From an uncultured virus (IMG/VR IMGVR_UViG_3300028048_000127) (Duplodnaviria; Heunggongvirae; Uroviricota; Caudoviricetes): 64,000 nt of DNA. Of the stretch, positions 19,198-29,501 are shown piece by piece (position 1 is the stretch's first letter; every line of letters starts with the position of its first letter). The notes beneath the pieces are model-generated. The model saw only the letters and a program-made list of their open reading frames with translations, ran no database searches and was not told the origin of the DNA. The translations under genes were made by a program, and so were the position numbers. Location of the stretch: the IMG/VR virus record IMGVR_UViG_3300028048_000127; one strand, given 5' to 3'.

Positions 19198-19725
19198 ATG
19201 GAAGAAGAAGTCAAAGTAACTGAAACTGAAGAAAAAGAAAGTTGGTTAACTCCTAGAAAAAAATTCTGGGCCAGACTATCCGCATGGATAGTTTTCGCCT
19301 TAATCGTTCCGGTTCTCTTCATTTTGTTCCGTTTCGATATTTTCCATAAAGAAACGCATATTGCTATTGGGTTCTGGGGACTTGTTGTTTTGCTAATTAT
19401 CTTCTCGTTTGTCGTCTCTATGTTGCGCTACGTTGTAAAGGCTATGCCTTATTCAATGATAGCTCAATGTATCAGCGGCTTTGCGAAAATTATCTTACCT
19501 TTAGGTATTATTTGGCTTATAGCATTCTATATTAGAAATAACCTCGATGTCTTTTTACAAGCGTTGGGAGTTATTATTTTTAGTGAAGCAGTCGCAATTC
19601 CTATAAATCCTATGCCAAAATGGATTCATGACAATTTAACCGAAGAACAACAAAAGAAAATCTCAAATATTTCAGACCTCGTTTTAGATAAATACTTCAC
19701 AAGAAAGAAAAAAGAAGGCGAATAA
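19198..19725 (+). CDS. Four-TM membrane protein
   Basis: Hydrophobicity pattern; GGGAGG SD. Confidence 0.7.
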   Translation: MEEEVKVTETEEKESWLTPRKKFWARLSAWIVFALIVPVLFILFRFDIFHKETHIAIGFWGLVVLLIIFSFVVSMLRYVVKAMPYSMIAQCISGFAKIILPLGIIWLIAFYIRNNLDVFLQALGVIIFSEAVAIPINPMPKWIHDNLTEEQQKKISNISDLVLDKYFTRKKKEGE

Positions 19726-19728
19726 AAT

Positions 19729-20247
19729 ATGATTTCAAACGAATGGGTTTCTAGAAGAGACTACCACGAAAAATGTAAATGGTGGTCAAGAGATGAATCG
19801 TTTATAAAGGCTAATCCTTATAACAATACTTTTACATACAAAATCGGAGACCTTGTTGAATACAACGGCCTTGTTTATCAATGTGTTGTGAATATTGACA
19901 TCCCAGAAGTTTTTCACGAAAATAAATGGTTGAGTTTCGATGACGCTAATAGTAGTGATGAATTAGTTATGAAAAGACAACCATCTGGATATTTTTGTGC
20001 AAAAGAATATTCTCCAGAATATTATGATAACAGTGTTGTTGGTGGCGCTTTTATGGTAGATAGAGCCACTATAACAATTCGCACACCAGATGATGTAGAA
20101 GGACTAAAAAACAATTGCATCGTAGAATATCAAGACGATAAGTGGATTGTTGTTTCGGTGCAAAGAAAAAATGTTCGTAACGGAATGACTGAATTCGCAA
20201 GAGAAAAAAACGTTCCGCACTTTTTTATAATTCAAATGAGGAGATAA
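19729..20247 (+). CDS. Head-closure-like protein with inserted CBM5/12-like module
   Basis: TITIRT.DD...LK....VEY....W.VVSV core; inserted YNNTFTYKIGDLVEYNG..Y.C...W. Confidence 0.5.
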   Translation: MISNEWVSRRDYHEKCKWWSRDESFIKANPYNNTFTYKIGDLVEYNGLVYQCVVNIDIPEVFHENKWLSFDDANSSDELVMKRQPSGYFCAKEYSPEYYDNSVVGGAFMVDRATITIRTPDDVEGLKNNCIVEYQDDKWIVVSVQRKNVRNGMTEFAREKNVPHFFIIQMRR

Positions 20248-20252
20248 TCAAT

Positions 20253-20600
20253 ATGGTTAAAGACGGAGATATGCGTTTATTAGCCATGTTGATCGAAGAT
20301 GAAATAAAGAAAGAGTTTTCCCTCACTTATTTATCAGGTAATTTAAAAAATACAATAAAAATAGAGAAAAACGATAGGAACGGTTATAATGTAATTATAG
20401 CCGCGCCTCTATACGATGTAAATGAGTGGAGAAAAACTGGAACAAAAGTTTATCGTCCGGGAAGTTACGCGGCAAAAGTTGACAAAACAGGTGGTTTCTC
20501 TGGTCAACACAAAGATTATGCTATGAGATGTGTCGAAAAGGCTATCTATAGATGGGAATCTTTGAAAAGAAACGATTATGCTACAATAAGGAGAATGTAA
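20253..20600 (+). CDS. Putative neck/tail-completion protein
   Basis: SGNLKNTI motif; position in the module. Confidence 0.5.
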   Translation: MVKDGDMRLLAMLIEDEIKKEFSLTYLSGNLKNTIKIEKNDRNGYNVIIAAPLYDVNEWRKTGTKVYRPGSYAAKVDKTGGFSGQHKDYAMRCVEKAIYRWESLKRNDYATIRRM

Positions 20601-20601
20601 A

Positions 20602-21516
20602 ATGCCTAACGCTCAAATTGATTATATTGCAGTAGTAAATAGCATTAGAAAGCAAATTAAAGATTTGCAAAAATACATCATTGATAACGATGAGTATGAT
20701 AGCAATCCTTATTTTAGCAAGATTTCTCCTTTAATTAAGGATATTAACTTTTATGTAAATGATGAACAATCAATGATTAAGTCTAAAGATAAATTAGACA
20801 ATAATGGTGTTTATGTTGCAGTGCGTTTCGGAAGAGCATCGATTAACTTCGGTTCTTCTTTATGCGCGGTTTCCTTAATTATATTAGGTACCGCTAATAA
20901 AATTAAGCCAACTCAGCTCTTCTTTGCTGCGTTTGCTTCTAGATATACCACTACGACATTTGATGGTACGAATACTCAACAAATTTGGGTGACGCCAAGT
21001 GTCCAAACGAACTTTAACGAATTTGCCGATGAATTCCGCAACTTATTAGAAATTTCCGGCACATTAATTGTCGGAAACGAAACAGTTGCAATCACTGGCG
21101 GAAAAATTATTTATTTATTTGACGAAGACGGTACGCCAAGTTCCGAAGAGGTGCCAGTGCTTACATGGCAAGACAATTATGTAAATAACTTATCGCCTCA
21201 GCCATTCGGCAATACAGAAGGTTTTTCAAAAAGCGAAACCAACTTTTCTACTTACACTTTTACTATTTCTACATACTTATTAAATTCACAATTAGTTGCT
21301 GATTGTATGAAAATTAGAGGATTTGAACAAGAGAATCCAAGCGGAATACAAAGCGTTGCATTCCCTAACTCTAATTTTAAATTTGCGGTTGCTTTTTCTA
21401 ACGGATTTGCAAATATCAATAGCAAAGAATTTTTCAAAACTTTTAAATTAGTAAGTTGTGGAATTTCTTATCAATTAGGCGAAATACCAACCTTTACTGC
21501 GAGCTTCACTCACTAG
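20602..21516 (+). CDS. Putative tail terminator / tail tube-like structural protein
   Basis: Beta-rich; lies between the neck gene and the hub gene. Confidence 0.45.
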   Translation: MPNAQIDYIAVVNSIRKQIKDLQKYIIDNDEYDSNPYFSKISPLIKDINFYVNDEQSMIKSKDKLDNNGVYVAVRFGRASINFGSSLCAVSLIILGTANKIKPTQLFFAAFASRYTTTTFDGTNTQQIWVTPSVQTNFNEFADEFRNLLEISGTLIVGNETVAITGGKIIYLFDEDGTPSSEEVPVLTWQDNYVNNLSPQPFGNTEGFSKSETNFSTYTFTISTYLLNSQLVADCMKIRGFEQENPSGIQSVAFPNSNFKFAVAFSNGFANINSKEFFKTFKLVSCGISYQLGEIPTFTASFTH

Positions 21517-21525
21517 GAGAATACT

Positions 21526-22077
21526 ATGGGCGATACAAAAGAAATCAAAATTGTATTGGAAACTAGAGATGGGGGAAGCGCTAGTTCTGGTGAAGAAGGT
21601 GCCAGAGCGGACCAAAGCGTTGCGGCGCAAAACTCAGCGTCAAGTTCGAAAAGTTCCGGTTCGAAAAGTTCCGGTACGGCTGCGGCCGTAGCGTTAGGAT
21701 CCATGGCGGCACAGACCGTTTTGAGCGAAGTTTCATCGTGGGCAATGTATTATGTCAATAAAGAATTAGTCTTAAACGATGATTATATTGGTCAAAGAGA
21801 GCTAGGTATCGCTATGCAGGCAGTCAACTGGGGTATCAATTCTGCTTCCACGATTGCTTCTATGACTGCTACTGGTGCAATGGCCGGTGGGGCTGTGGGC
21901 GCTGTTTTTGGCGCCGTTATTGGTACAGGAACCGTTATTGCTAGAACAGTTAGAGACAATATTCAAGCTCAGGATCAACAAAATATAAGATTAAGACAAT
22001 TACAAGTTCAATTAGATTACACAAGAAATAGAGCCGGATGGTCAACAAACGCTGCTAGTATAGGAGAAGATTTATGA
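21526..22077 (+). CDS. Very short tape-measure-like protein
   Basis: Ala/Gly-rich GAMAGGAVGAVFGAVIG segment; position before the large tail gene. Confidence 0.45.
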   Translation: MGDTKEIKIVLETRDGGSASSGEEGARADQSVAAQNSASSSKSSGSKSSGTAAAVALGSMAAQTVLSEVSSWAMYYVNKELVLNDDYIGQRELGIAMQAVNWGINSASTIASMTATGAMAGGAVGAVFGAVIGTGTVIARTVRDNIQAQDQQNIRLRQLQVQLDYTRNRAGWSTNAASIGEDL

Positions 22078-25000
22078 ACGATATACGCATAAAATTTTCA
22101 AGTAGTATGAATTCTAGCGGAAATCTAAAAGAATATCCGGTTGTTTCTGGTTCTGTTTTTTCTGATGAATATAACGAAACATTAGATAGCGCTACGATTC
22201 TTTTAGATCACATCAGGATAGAAGATAGACTTACCGATTTACAACCATATGAATATGTTTATGTCTTCGATAAAAATAACGAAAGCAACTTCCGTAGAAC
22301 TTATTTAATCGATAACTATTCTGAACAAGAAAAAAACATTCACGAACATTTGTTTTCTTATACAATTAACTTAATGTCCGAAACAAAGTTGTTAGAAAAG
22401 ATTCAATGTCCAAACTTAGCAATTACTCACGAAGTAATAAATGGAACAATGAACAAAAAAACTATTTATCAGCACATTGTACAATATATCGAACTTTATT
22501 CTCCTGTTATAAAAACAAAATCAGGCAATAACTGGATATACCAAAGAATTATTAGTGTGCCCGGAACTGGTACGGCATTTTATAATAAATTTAATGTTCC
22601 TTGCGCAGACCTAAGTTTTAATATGCCGACATTACGCCAACTTCTCACAACGTTAATGCAACAAGCCGGTTGTATCCCAACGTTAAGTGGCGGAACGTTA
22701 GGGTTCTTAGATTTGCGCAAAGAAGCGATTAGTTTTAGTCGTGGCGAAACACCAGATTATACTGCTAATTACACGGTATCTAGAATACAAAGATCACTAA
22801 GTAGTGATAGTTATGCAAACTCTTTGGTCAATATATCTGACAATGTTTTAGATAGCGGCAACGTTGTTATATCGGAACGATTAGGTTTTAGAGACAGCAG
22901 TAATGTTTTGCTTAAGCAAACTGAAAATCTGCATCTCGAAACGAAATTTCCGATATACAAAGTTAATAAATTCTCGATACATAGCGCGGCGAGCATAGAC
23001 GGCATAACAAAAGGCAATCAAACAATGGAGTTGTATTTTGTCCGAGACAATCAAGAGTATGTTGTGACTTGCTCTAGAGGGAATCCTACTTTTGGTGGCA
23101 CTTATGATGATACAATAACGACTAGGTTGACCTTTTCTCCTGGTGCGGGAATCGACGAAATAATGCTGGAAGGCCATCTTTGGGTTTATAATCCTTTTTT
23201 AGATATTGTTGGTCACCAAAGAAAAAGAGTTCTTATTCCTTTAAGTGGGATTACTGATTATGATTTCAGTATTACTTTTGGTAGTCCATTGACCAATCCA
23301 GGTTATTATGTTGCTGTTAGGTTTACTCCTTTATTCGTTCATTCAACCGTTTATGATGAAGATATAATTTATCTAGACGGTTTAAATCTACGCGGTAGTT
23401 ATGTGATTGAATATTGCAATATCGATAATTTTCTCAATGATCAACAAATAGATTGTTATGCTGATATAACGCCTCTTGCGGTCGAAAATAGCGTTAGACA
23501 ATGTTTGGAAACAAACTTTAAATTGATGGACGAAGCTCATTCGATTAATGATTTGTCTAAATATTTATACGGTACAGTAGGCTATTCAATAGGGTCTAAA
23601 ATAATTACTGGTTTTTCATCCACTTATTCTCAAGCATATTCTAAAATATTTGGTTCTATTACGGTAACAGAAACTTATTTTGAAAATATGTGGAATTTTG
23701 CTTTTAATAATGCAGAACAAAGTTTTGTCTATGATTCAATAAGTGTTAATATTCCAGAACTTCCTAAATCGATTTTTGCAAGTGCTGGAGTAGCGCCTGT
23801 AACTGGCGATAACGTAATCAATTTTTCAACCGTTACATTCGATATAGAATATCAACCGCTCAATAGTTTCAATCTTTCCTTTGCGAAGCAGAACAAAGAC
23901 ATTCCGTTCGCAATAGAACAATTAGATACAAACATTTCGGGCGTTACCGATTTTGACCGTCTCGCAACGCACGAACAAGAAACGGTCGATCGTATCGGTA
24001 ATGAAGTTCTCGGTATATCACAACGCGTTACGGACTTATCGGAAATTCGCGGAACGGATAGTAGCGGTAATTTCATTCCCGTTTATTTCCGCGACGATAA
24101 GAACCGCGACGGAGATTGGGATGACGATGGCGAAAATAGAGAATATATCTTATTTAGACGCCAAATTTCGGTACACGACTATTATTACGATGTGTCCTAC
24201 ACCGGAATGGAAAACGCTATACTAAAAAATTATTTTACGTCAATTAGAACAAAGTATCGTGCGTACGAAAATGTTGACTATAATCAATCTACATTAAGAA
24301 AAGAAAGAGACACAATATACGTTTGTTTAGGTATGAACGGATATTTCAATGGAACAGATAATTTGCATTTCCCATTCTATAATTGCCACACTCAATTTAT
24401 CGACGGATTTACCCCCGAAACAAAAACGGGCGGTTCTGTAAAAACAATTTGTGAAATAGGAGAAGCAACCCATCCTTGGGCAGCTCAACCGACAACTAGT
24501 ACAATGGTTTGTGTTATAAAAAATGATGTATCTATCATATCCACAAAAGATATATTAGCATTTGTTTATGAAAATCAAGACAACGTTGCTGGCGGTATTG
24601 TCATTGGTTCTATAAATTATTCTACTTTCTACGATGGAAGCGGATCTACTTCTCCAGAAGCGCAAGGAAAAGTTGGTGGCATTCCTCAACGTTGGGAACT
24701 TTGGAACAAAACTCTTTATCCAGAATCTCACCACGTTTTGTTTACAGGAAGTTTGGAAGCCGGTATTGCTGGCGACGATTTAGAGTTTTTTAACAATACA
24801 AAAGGTGAAAATATCGCAAGCCGTAGTGCTTTTCTACCAGTAGTTAATGCTTCTGTCGGTTACGCTAATAGTGAAGCATATGCTCGTATGAGTAGATATT
24901 TTTCTGTAGGAAAAGTCGGCCACTCTTATGGTATTTACAACGATTTAGGCGGAGATTATTATCGTCTTTTCTACAAAGATAATGCAGAGAGAATAAATCA

Positions 25001-25514
25001 TACTGTTCAATTTGTTTACTATACTGATGCTCCTAAAAATATTGCCTGGACGGAACATTTTATTGCTAATTGTTCTATTGCGGATAAAAGTGATGTCAAA
25101 CCTAATTGTTTGGTTTTCAAAGAATCCGAAGATGCAACATTAGATACTAATCCAGAATGGCATTCTGCTCCATCAGGTTCTATTCAAGTGACATTTTCTT
25201 CTTTAGAAACGCAAGGACAAAGTTATAAAAATTATGTAAAATTAGTAGACGCTGGCTATCATCCTTATATTGAAGTTACCTGGCATAATTTTCAAGTTAT
25301 TACAGTTGCAGCACAATACCAAGGACAATTAAAAGATATTATTTCTTTCAAAAGACCAAAATCGCAACCAGCAAAATCATATTTCCACTTATCGTTTAAT
25401 GACACAAAATCTGAAGCTGTTTGGGTCCGAGACGCTGCGAATGGCAACGTTTTAAAGAAAGTTGGTAAGATTGCAAAGAACGATAATGATAATAGACTAA
25501 TAGATTTGTTGTAA
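22074..25514 (+). CDS. Large tail/baseplate hub protein
   Basis: 1146 aa; N-terminal ETLDSATI.L hub-like pattern; tail module context. Confidence 0.6.
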   Translation: MNDIRIKFSSSMNSSGNLKEYPVVSGSVFSDEYNETLDSATILLDHIRIEDRLTDLQPYEYVYVFDKNNESNFRRTYLIDNYSEQEKNIHEHLFSYTINLMSETKLLEKIQCPNLAITHEVINGTMNKKTIYQHIVQYIELYSPVIKTKSGNNWIYQRIISVPGTGTAFYNKFNVPCADLSFNMPTLRQLLTTLMQQAGCIPTLSGGTLGFLDLRKEAISFSRGETPDYTANYTVSRIQRSLSSDSYANSLVNISDNVLDSGNVVISERLGFRDSSNVLLKQTENLHLETKFPIYKVNKFSIHSAASIDGITKGNQTMELYFVRDNQEYVVTCSRGNPTFGGTYDDTITTRLTFSPGAGIDEIMLEGHLWVYNPFLDIVGHQRKRVLIPLSGITDYDFSITFGSPLTNPGYYVAVRFTPLFVHSTVYDEDIIYLDGLNLRGSYVIEYCNIDNFLNDQQIDCYADITPLAVENSVRQCLETNFKLMDEAHSINDLSKYLYGTVGYSIGSKIITGFSSTYSQAYSKIFGSITVTETYFENMWNFAFNNAEQSFVYDSISVNIPELPKSIFASAGVAPVTGDNVINFSTVTFDIEYQPLNSFNLSFAKQNKDIPFAIEQLDTNISGVTDFDRLATHEQETVDRIGNEVLGISQRVTDLSEIRGTDSSGNFIPVYFRDDKNRDGDWDDDGENREYILFRRQISVHDYYYDVSYTGMENAILKNYFTSIRTKYRAYENVDYNQSTLRKERDTIYVCLGMNGYFNGTDNLHFPFYNCHTQFIDGFTPETKTGGSVKTICEIGEATHPWAAQPTTSTMVCVIKNDVSIISTKDILAFVYENQDNVAGGIVIGSINYSTFYDGSGSTSPEAQGKVGGIPQRWELWNKTLYPESHHVLFTGSLEAGIAGDDLEFFNNTKGENIASRSAFLPVVNASVGYANSEAYARMSRYFSVGKVGHSYGIYNDLGGDYYRLFYKDNAERINHTVQFVYYTDAPKNIAWTEHFIANCSIADKSDVKPNCLVFKESEDATLDTNPEWHSAPSGSIQVTFSSLETQGQSYKNYVKLVDAGYHPYIEVTWHNFQVITVAAQYQGQLKDIISFKRPKSQPAKSYFHLSFNDTKSEAVWVRDAANGNVLKKVGKIAKNDNDNRLIDLL

Positions 25515-25556
25515 TTTTATTAGGAATAAAATAAAATAATAGAGAGGTAAAACATT

Positions 25557-26960
25557 ATGTGGATTGCATTTAACAAAGATACTGGTGTTGTTGAACGCCA
25601 ATTAAATTATGGTCCTAAAGCCAGACAAGGAGTTGTCGGCAGTTTTAGTATATTTTGCTATTTTGGAAATTTGGAAATAGCGAATACAACTGCTACAATT
25701 ACATTTCAAAGACCAGATGGAACAAATATCGATGTAAATTATGTGATGGATTTTGTTTCTAGAACAGAAAACATCTTTGATAAAAATAATGTTTCATCCA
25801 TAGATGCAGATACTTATCCTTTCGTAAACGGTTTCGGATACGAAGGTTTTGTTTTTACTCCTCAAGATCCAGCGATTTTATCAATGGCTGGTCAATATAA
25901 AGCGGCCGTTAGAATTTATAGACAAAACGACATTCTTGTTCAAGGTGAGATTGTCTTTAATGTTGAAAACACAGTCTTCAATGAACAAGTTAGTATTTCC
26001 GCTACGGATTATACCGAATTGGTTCGTAGATTATTTGGAAAAGCAAATAGTTCTATTGTTGCTGATCCATATAATAGTGAAAGCACATATGAAAATGGCG
26101 ATGTAGTTATTTACGATGATTTTTTATGGTTTTGTACTTCCGACATTTCTGTTCCGGAAGTTTGGAATTCTAGTCACTGGAATAAAACGACAATAATTCA
26201 CACCATAGATGAAAAAATTACAAGAGCGCAAATTCCAGAATATGAAGGTGGTTTTGATGACGAAGTTTTAGAAGATTCACCAAATTTGGTTAGAAACAGT
26301 GCGGTTTATAACGCTATTCAAACTGCTGCGCAAGAAGTTAGAACAGATTTTACTAGTGGGACTCTTGTGGCAGCTGAAGCAGTCAACGTCACAGATTCTA
26401 TTGGCGGTCATTCTTTATCATCTATTTTTGAAGAAGACGGAACGACTGTTCAAGAAGCAACACACGCTGTATCTGCCGATTCCGCAACAGACGCAACGAA
26501 CGCAACGAATACATTTATTACTAATACAGAATGGCGAGTTGCTCAATGGGAAGCTGCTGGTAATTATTATAATGCACATTGTCCTGGCGATGTTCCAAGC
26601 AACATAAATACACCATTTACCATGCAATTTAAATTAAAAGCTGGCGGTAGATGGTATGATTTAGGCACACACGAATTTGTCGCTGGAGAAATAGGACACA
26701 GCGATGGTACAAACGCTCACCACTCTTCTGCTACATATGCGTCTGGACCATCTGGAGGTTGGTGCAATTTATATTCTTTTAATCTTCAAGCATACCGAGC
26801 GGATCCGTCAGTGGAGGTTGCTATAATAGTACAAATAATGCACGCGCATTTTGAAATCTACGGAGCCGATCGATGCGGTGCGTCTTGCCAATGGGTTTGG
26901 CCAAATGGTGATTCGAGCTATTATACTAACGCAACATTATATTATAGAGTAATCAAATAA
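25557..26960 (+). CDS. BppU-like baseplate/fibre protein with CBM-like module
   Basis: ATITFQRPDG...AGQYKAAVRIY...F.VE N-terminal pattern; YNSESTYENGDVVIYD...W module. Confidence 0.6.
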   Translation: MWIAFNKDTGVVERQLNYGPKARQGVVGSFSIFCYFGNLEIANTTATITFQRPDGTNIDVNYVMDFVSRTENIFDKNNVSSIDADTYPFVNGFGYEGFVFTPQDPAILSMAGQYKAAVRIYRQNDILVQGEIVFNVENTVFNEQVSISATDYTELVRRLFGKANSSIVADPYNSESTYENGDVVIYDDFLWFCTSDISVPEVWNSSHWNKTTIIHTIDEKITRAQIPEYEGGFDDEVLEDSPNLVRNSAVYNAIQTAAQEVRTDFTSGTLVAAEAVNVTDSIGGHSLSSIFEEDGTTVQEATHAVSADSATDATNATNTFITNTEWRVAQWEAAGNYYNAHCPGDVPSNINTPFTMQFKLKAGGRWYDLGTHEFVAGEIGHSDGTNAHHSSATYASGPSGGWCNLYSFNLQAYRADPSVEVAIIVQIMHAHFEIYGADRCGASCQWVWPNGDSSYYTNATLYYRVIK

Positions 26961-26973
26961 GGAGCGTATTGAT

Positions 26974-28767
26974 ATGAAGCCAAGATTTATAGATGCGAAT
27001 ATGTTCCTTGACTATACAGGGATTGATCTTTCTGCTGAGTTAAAGAACAATGATAATCCTTCCGCTAAGGTGGAATCGTTTTTAGGACGTGTCGAACTTC
27101 GCGTTATGTCGTGGGTCGATAAGAATACATTCCGTGTTAGAGATTGGAATAGTCTCACAAATTATCAAATCAGAATGTTTCGTTACGCTTTGTTAGAGCA
27201 AGCAGCGTATATGTATCGTAATGGAGACATTGCGCAAGATTCCGGATACGACCAAGAAAGAGGCGTCGTAGCCGATAAAAGAGCATTACAAGAAATTGTC
27301 GTGTGTCAACCTTGTATTGATTTCTTAATTCAAGCTGGTTTATTTAATTCAACAATCAAAAATAGACGTCGTTTTATGTATGAAAACGTAATGATCGGCG
27401 ATGGTTTACCAGGTTCTGCTTCTGATAGCATGATTGCTCCTGTTAGACCAGGTGGCGATCCGATTCCTGGTTATTATACAAAAGAACAAATCGATAGAAT
27501 GCTTGAAGCGTATGAACTTTTAAGCAATAAAGTTACGACACTTTCCGGTGCAAACAACATAACATATCCGACGACCGAAGCGGTTAAGGACTTTGCGGAA
27601 CATCTAATAGCCGTAACGTATAGCGACTTAAAAAATCTTCGCGATACGTCACAGCTTATGCCGGGTCGTTACTATCGCATTACGGATTATACCTGTACGA
27701 CAACGACCACTAATACAAGTAGCGCTGGTAACGTTTTTGATATTATCGTACGCGCAGATGCGGTAAATATATTAAATGAACAGGCATGGGCGATACATCA
27801 CGAAGGTGATACTTACTTTGCGAATTGTAACTTAGCGGCCTGGGAATTAAAGTATTGTTTAGACAACGATAAGGACCGATTCGGTTGGGCTGATGCTACA
27901 AACGGAAAAGGCGTTATTTATTATATGAAGGACGAATTCTTTAACGAATGTCCCTATGATTTTAAGAATATTTTATTTACAAAATCTGAGCAATATACTA
28001 ATGCTTATACTTTTAATTATAGAGGAAGCGACGGCAATAAAGATGCTTCAATATGGAAAAATTCAAACTGCTTTGCGAACATTATTAAAAGGAGAGGTTC
28101 TATAGGTCATTGGGAACTCAATTTTAATGTTATTTATACCAATACTAGTGGTTTCTCTAGTTTTTGTAATTTCTTCGGCCGTAGATCTTATGACAACACT
28201 TTATCTTCAGAATGCTCCTTTAATATAATATCTGAAGAATGCAACAATAATTTTCTTGGAACATACTGTACCAATAATTTTTTTGGCGCTGCCTGTCGTA
28301 CAAATACTTTTACTTCATTTTGCAGTTATAATACATTAGGAGCGAACTGTTCATTCAATTTATTTGACACAGAAACTAATAATAATGTTTTAGAATATGG
28401 CGCGAACAATAATACAATTGCTAGAAATTCACGGTATAACGTATTAGGGAAATATTGTTCTTTTAATAGTCTTGGTCGATTTAGCAGACATAATATATTT
28501 GGAAACAATTGCAGTTACATCAGTTTTGGTAATCCGACTTTAATTCAATACGTCCGTTACGTTAAGATTGATAGCGGTTGTTCATATATCAATATTTATA
28601 GTGATGATATATCCGCTTCATCAAGTAACTATTTGCAAAACATTCACATCTGTCTTGGCGTTTCGGGAAGTTCTTCTACGAATCCGCTCAACATTTCCGT
28701 TGCGGATCGTAACTTAGAGTACGAAACGACATATAAATCTAACAATTCAGTGGAGATTATTTTATGA
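26974..28767 (+). CDS. Head-tail adaptor-like N-terminal domain fused to a fibre/beta-helix region
   Basis: YI...F..YTG...A.LEQA.Y.Y.NGD adaptor-like N-terminus; C-terminal C.xN.xG..C.xN repeats. Confidence 0.55.
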   Translation: MKPRFIDANMFLDYTGIDLSAELKNNDNPSAKVESFLGRVELRVMSWVDKNTFRVRDWNSLTNYQIRMFRYALLEQAAYMYRNGDIAQDSGYDQERGVVADKRALQEIVVCQPCIDFLIQAGLFNSTIKNRRRFMYENVMIGDGLPGSASDSMIAPVRPGGDPIPGYYTKEQIDRMLEAYELLSNKVTTLSGANNITYPTTEAVKDFAEHLIAVTYSDLKNLRDTSQLMPGRYYRITDYTCTTTTTNTSSAGNVFDIIVRADAVNILNEQAWAIHHEGDTYFANCNLAAWELKYCLDNDKDRFGWADATNGKGVIYYMKDEFFNECPYDFKNILFTKSEQYTNAYTFNYRGSDGNKDASIWKNSNCFANIIKRRGSIGHWELNFNVIYTNTSGFSSFCNFFGRRSYDNTLSSECSFNIISEECNNNFLGTYCTNNFFGAACRTNTFTSFCSYNTLGANCSFNLFDTETNNNVLEYGANNNTIARNSRYNVLGKYCSFNSLGRFSRHNIFGNNCSYISFGNPTLIQYVRYVKIDSGCSYINIYSDDISASSSNYLQNIHICLGVSGSSSTNPLNISVADRNLEYETTYKSNNSVEIIL

Positions 28768-29501
28768 AATATATAGATTCTTGTAAAACGTTCGAAATTT
28801 TACTCCAAGATTCGGGACTTACCCAAAAGCCACGCGAAGATTGGAATGTTTTCGTCCCGCAAATTGGCGATATAGCCCATGTTGATGAAAACGATACAGA
28901 TTATATGTATAACGGAACGGAATGGGTTGAGTGTATCGAACCTGTAAAACCGGAAGAAAATTTAGAATTCGAAACTGAAGTTTATGAAGGTCCTTCAGAA
29001 TCTACTGATAATTTAGAACCTGAAGAACCTTTAGAAGAATATATTGAGGAAGGGCCTATTGAGGAACCTGTAGAACCTCAAGAATCTACAGAAGAAGAAA
29101 CTATTGAGGAACCTATAGAACCTCAAGAATCTACAGACGAAGAAACTATTGAGGAACCTATAGAACCTCAAGAATCTGAAGAATCAATTCCTGAAGATGA
29201 GTTAGAAGAACCTTCTAATGAAGAACCTATAGAAGAATCTTCGGAATCAAGTATTGAAGAAGAATCAACCGATTCTGAAGAACCTCAAGAATCAGAAGAA
29301 CCTATAGAAGAACCTCAAGAGTCAACTGAGTCCGAAAGCAACGAAGAAGAGCCTTTAGATGAAGAACCAGAAGAAACCGATGAATCTATAGAATCTCAAG
29401 AAGAGCCTACAGAAGAACCGGTTATTCTAGATGAGCAAAGCGAATCTAGCGAACCTGTTATAAACGAGGAGGAAGTAAACCATGGCGAAGAAGAAAATTG
29501 A
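28764..29501 (+). CDS. Protein with long Glu/Pro/Ser-rich repeat tail
   Basis: Low-complexity acidic C-terminus. Confidence 0.7.
   Translation: MKYIDSCKTFEILLQDSGLTQKPREDWNVFVPQIGDIAHVDENDTDYMYNGTEWVECIEPVKPEENLEFETEVYEGPSESTDNLEPEEPLEEYIEEGPIEEPVEPQESTEEETIEEPIEPQESTDEETIEEPIEPQESEESIPEDELEEPSNEEPIEESSESSIEEESTDSEEPQESEEPIEEPQESTESESNEEEPLDEEPEETDESIESQEEPTEEPVILDEQSESSEPVINEEEVNHGEEEN
29056..29180 (+). repeat. In-frame 45-bp tandem repeat (~2.7 copies, TIEEPIEPQESTEEE)
   Basis: CTATTGAGGAACCT(G/A)TAGAACCTCAAGAATCT recurs three times at 45-bp spacing. Confidence 0.85.
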
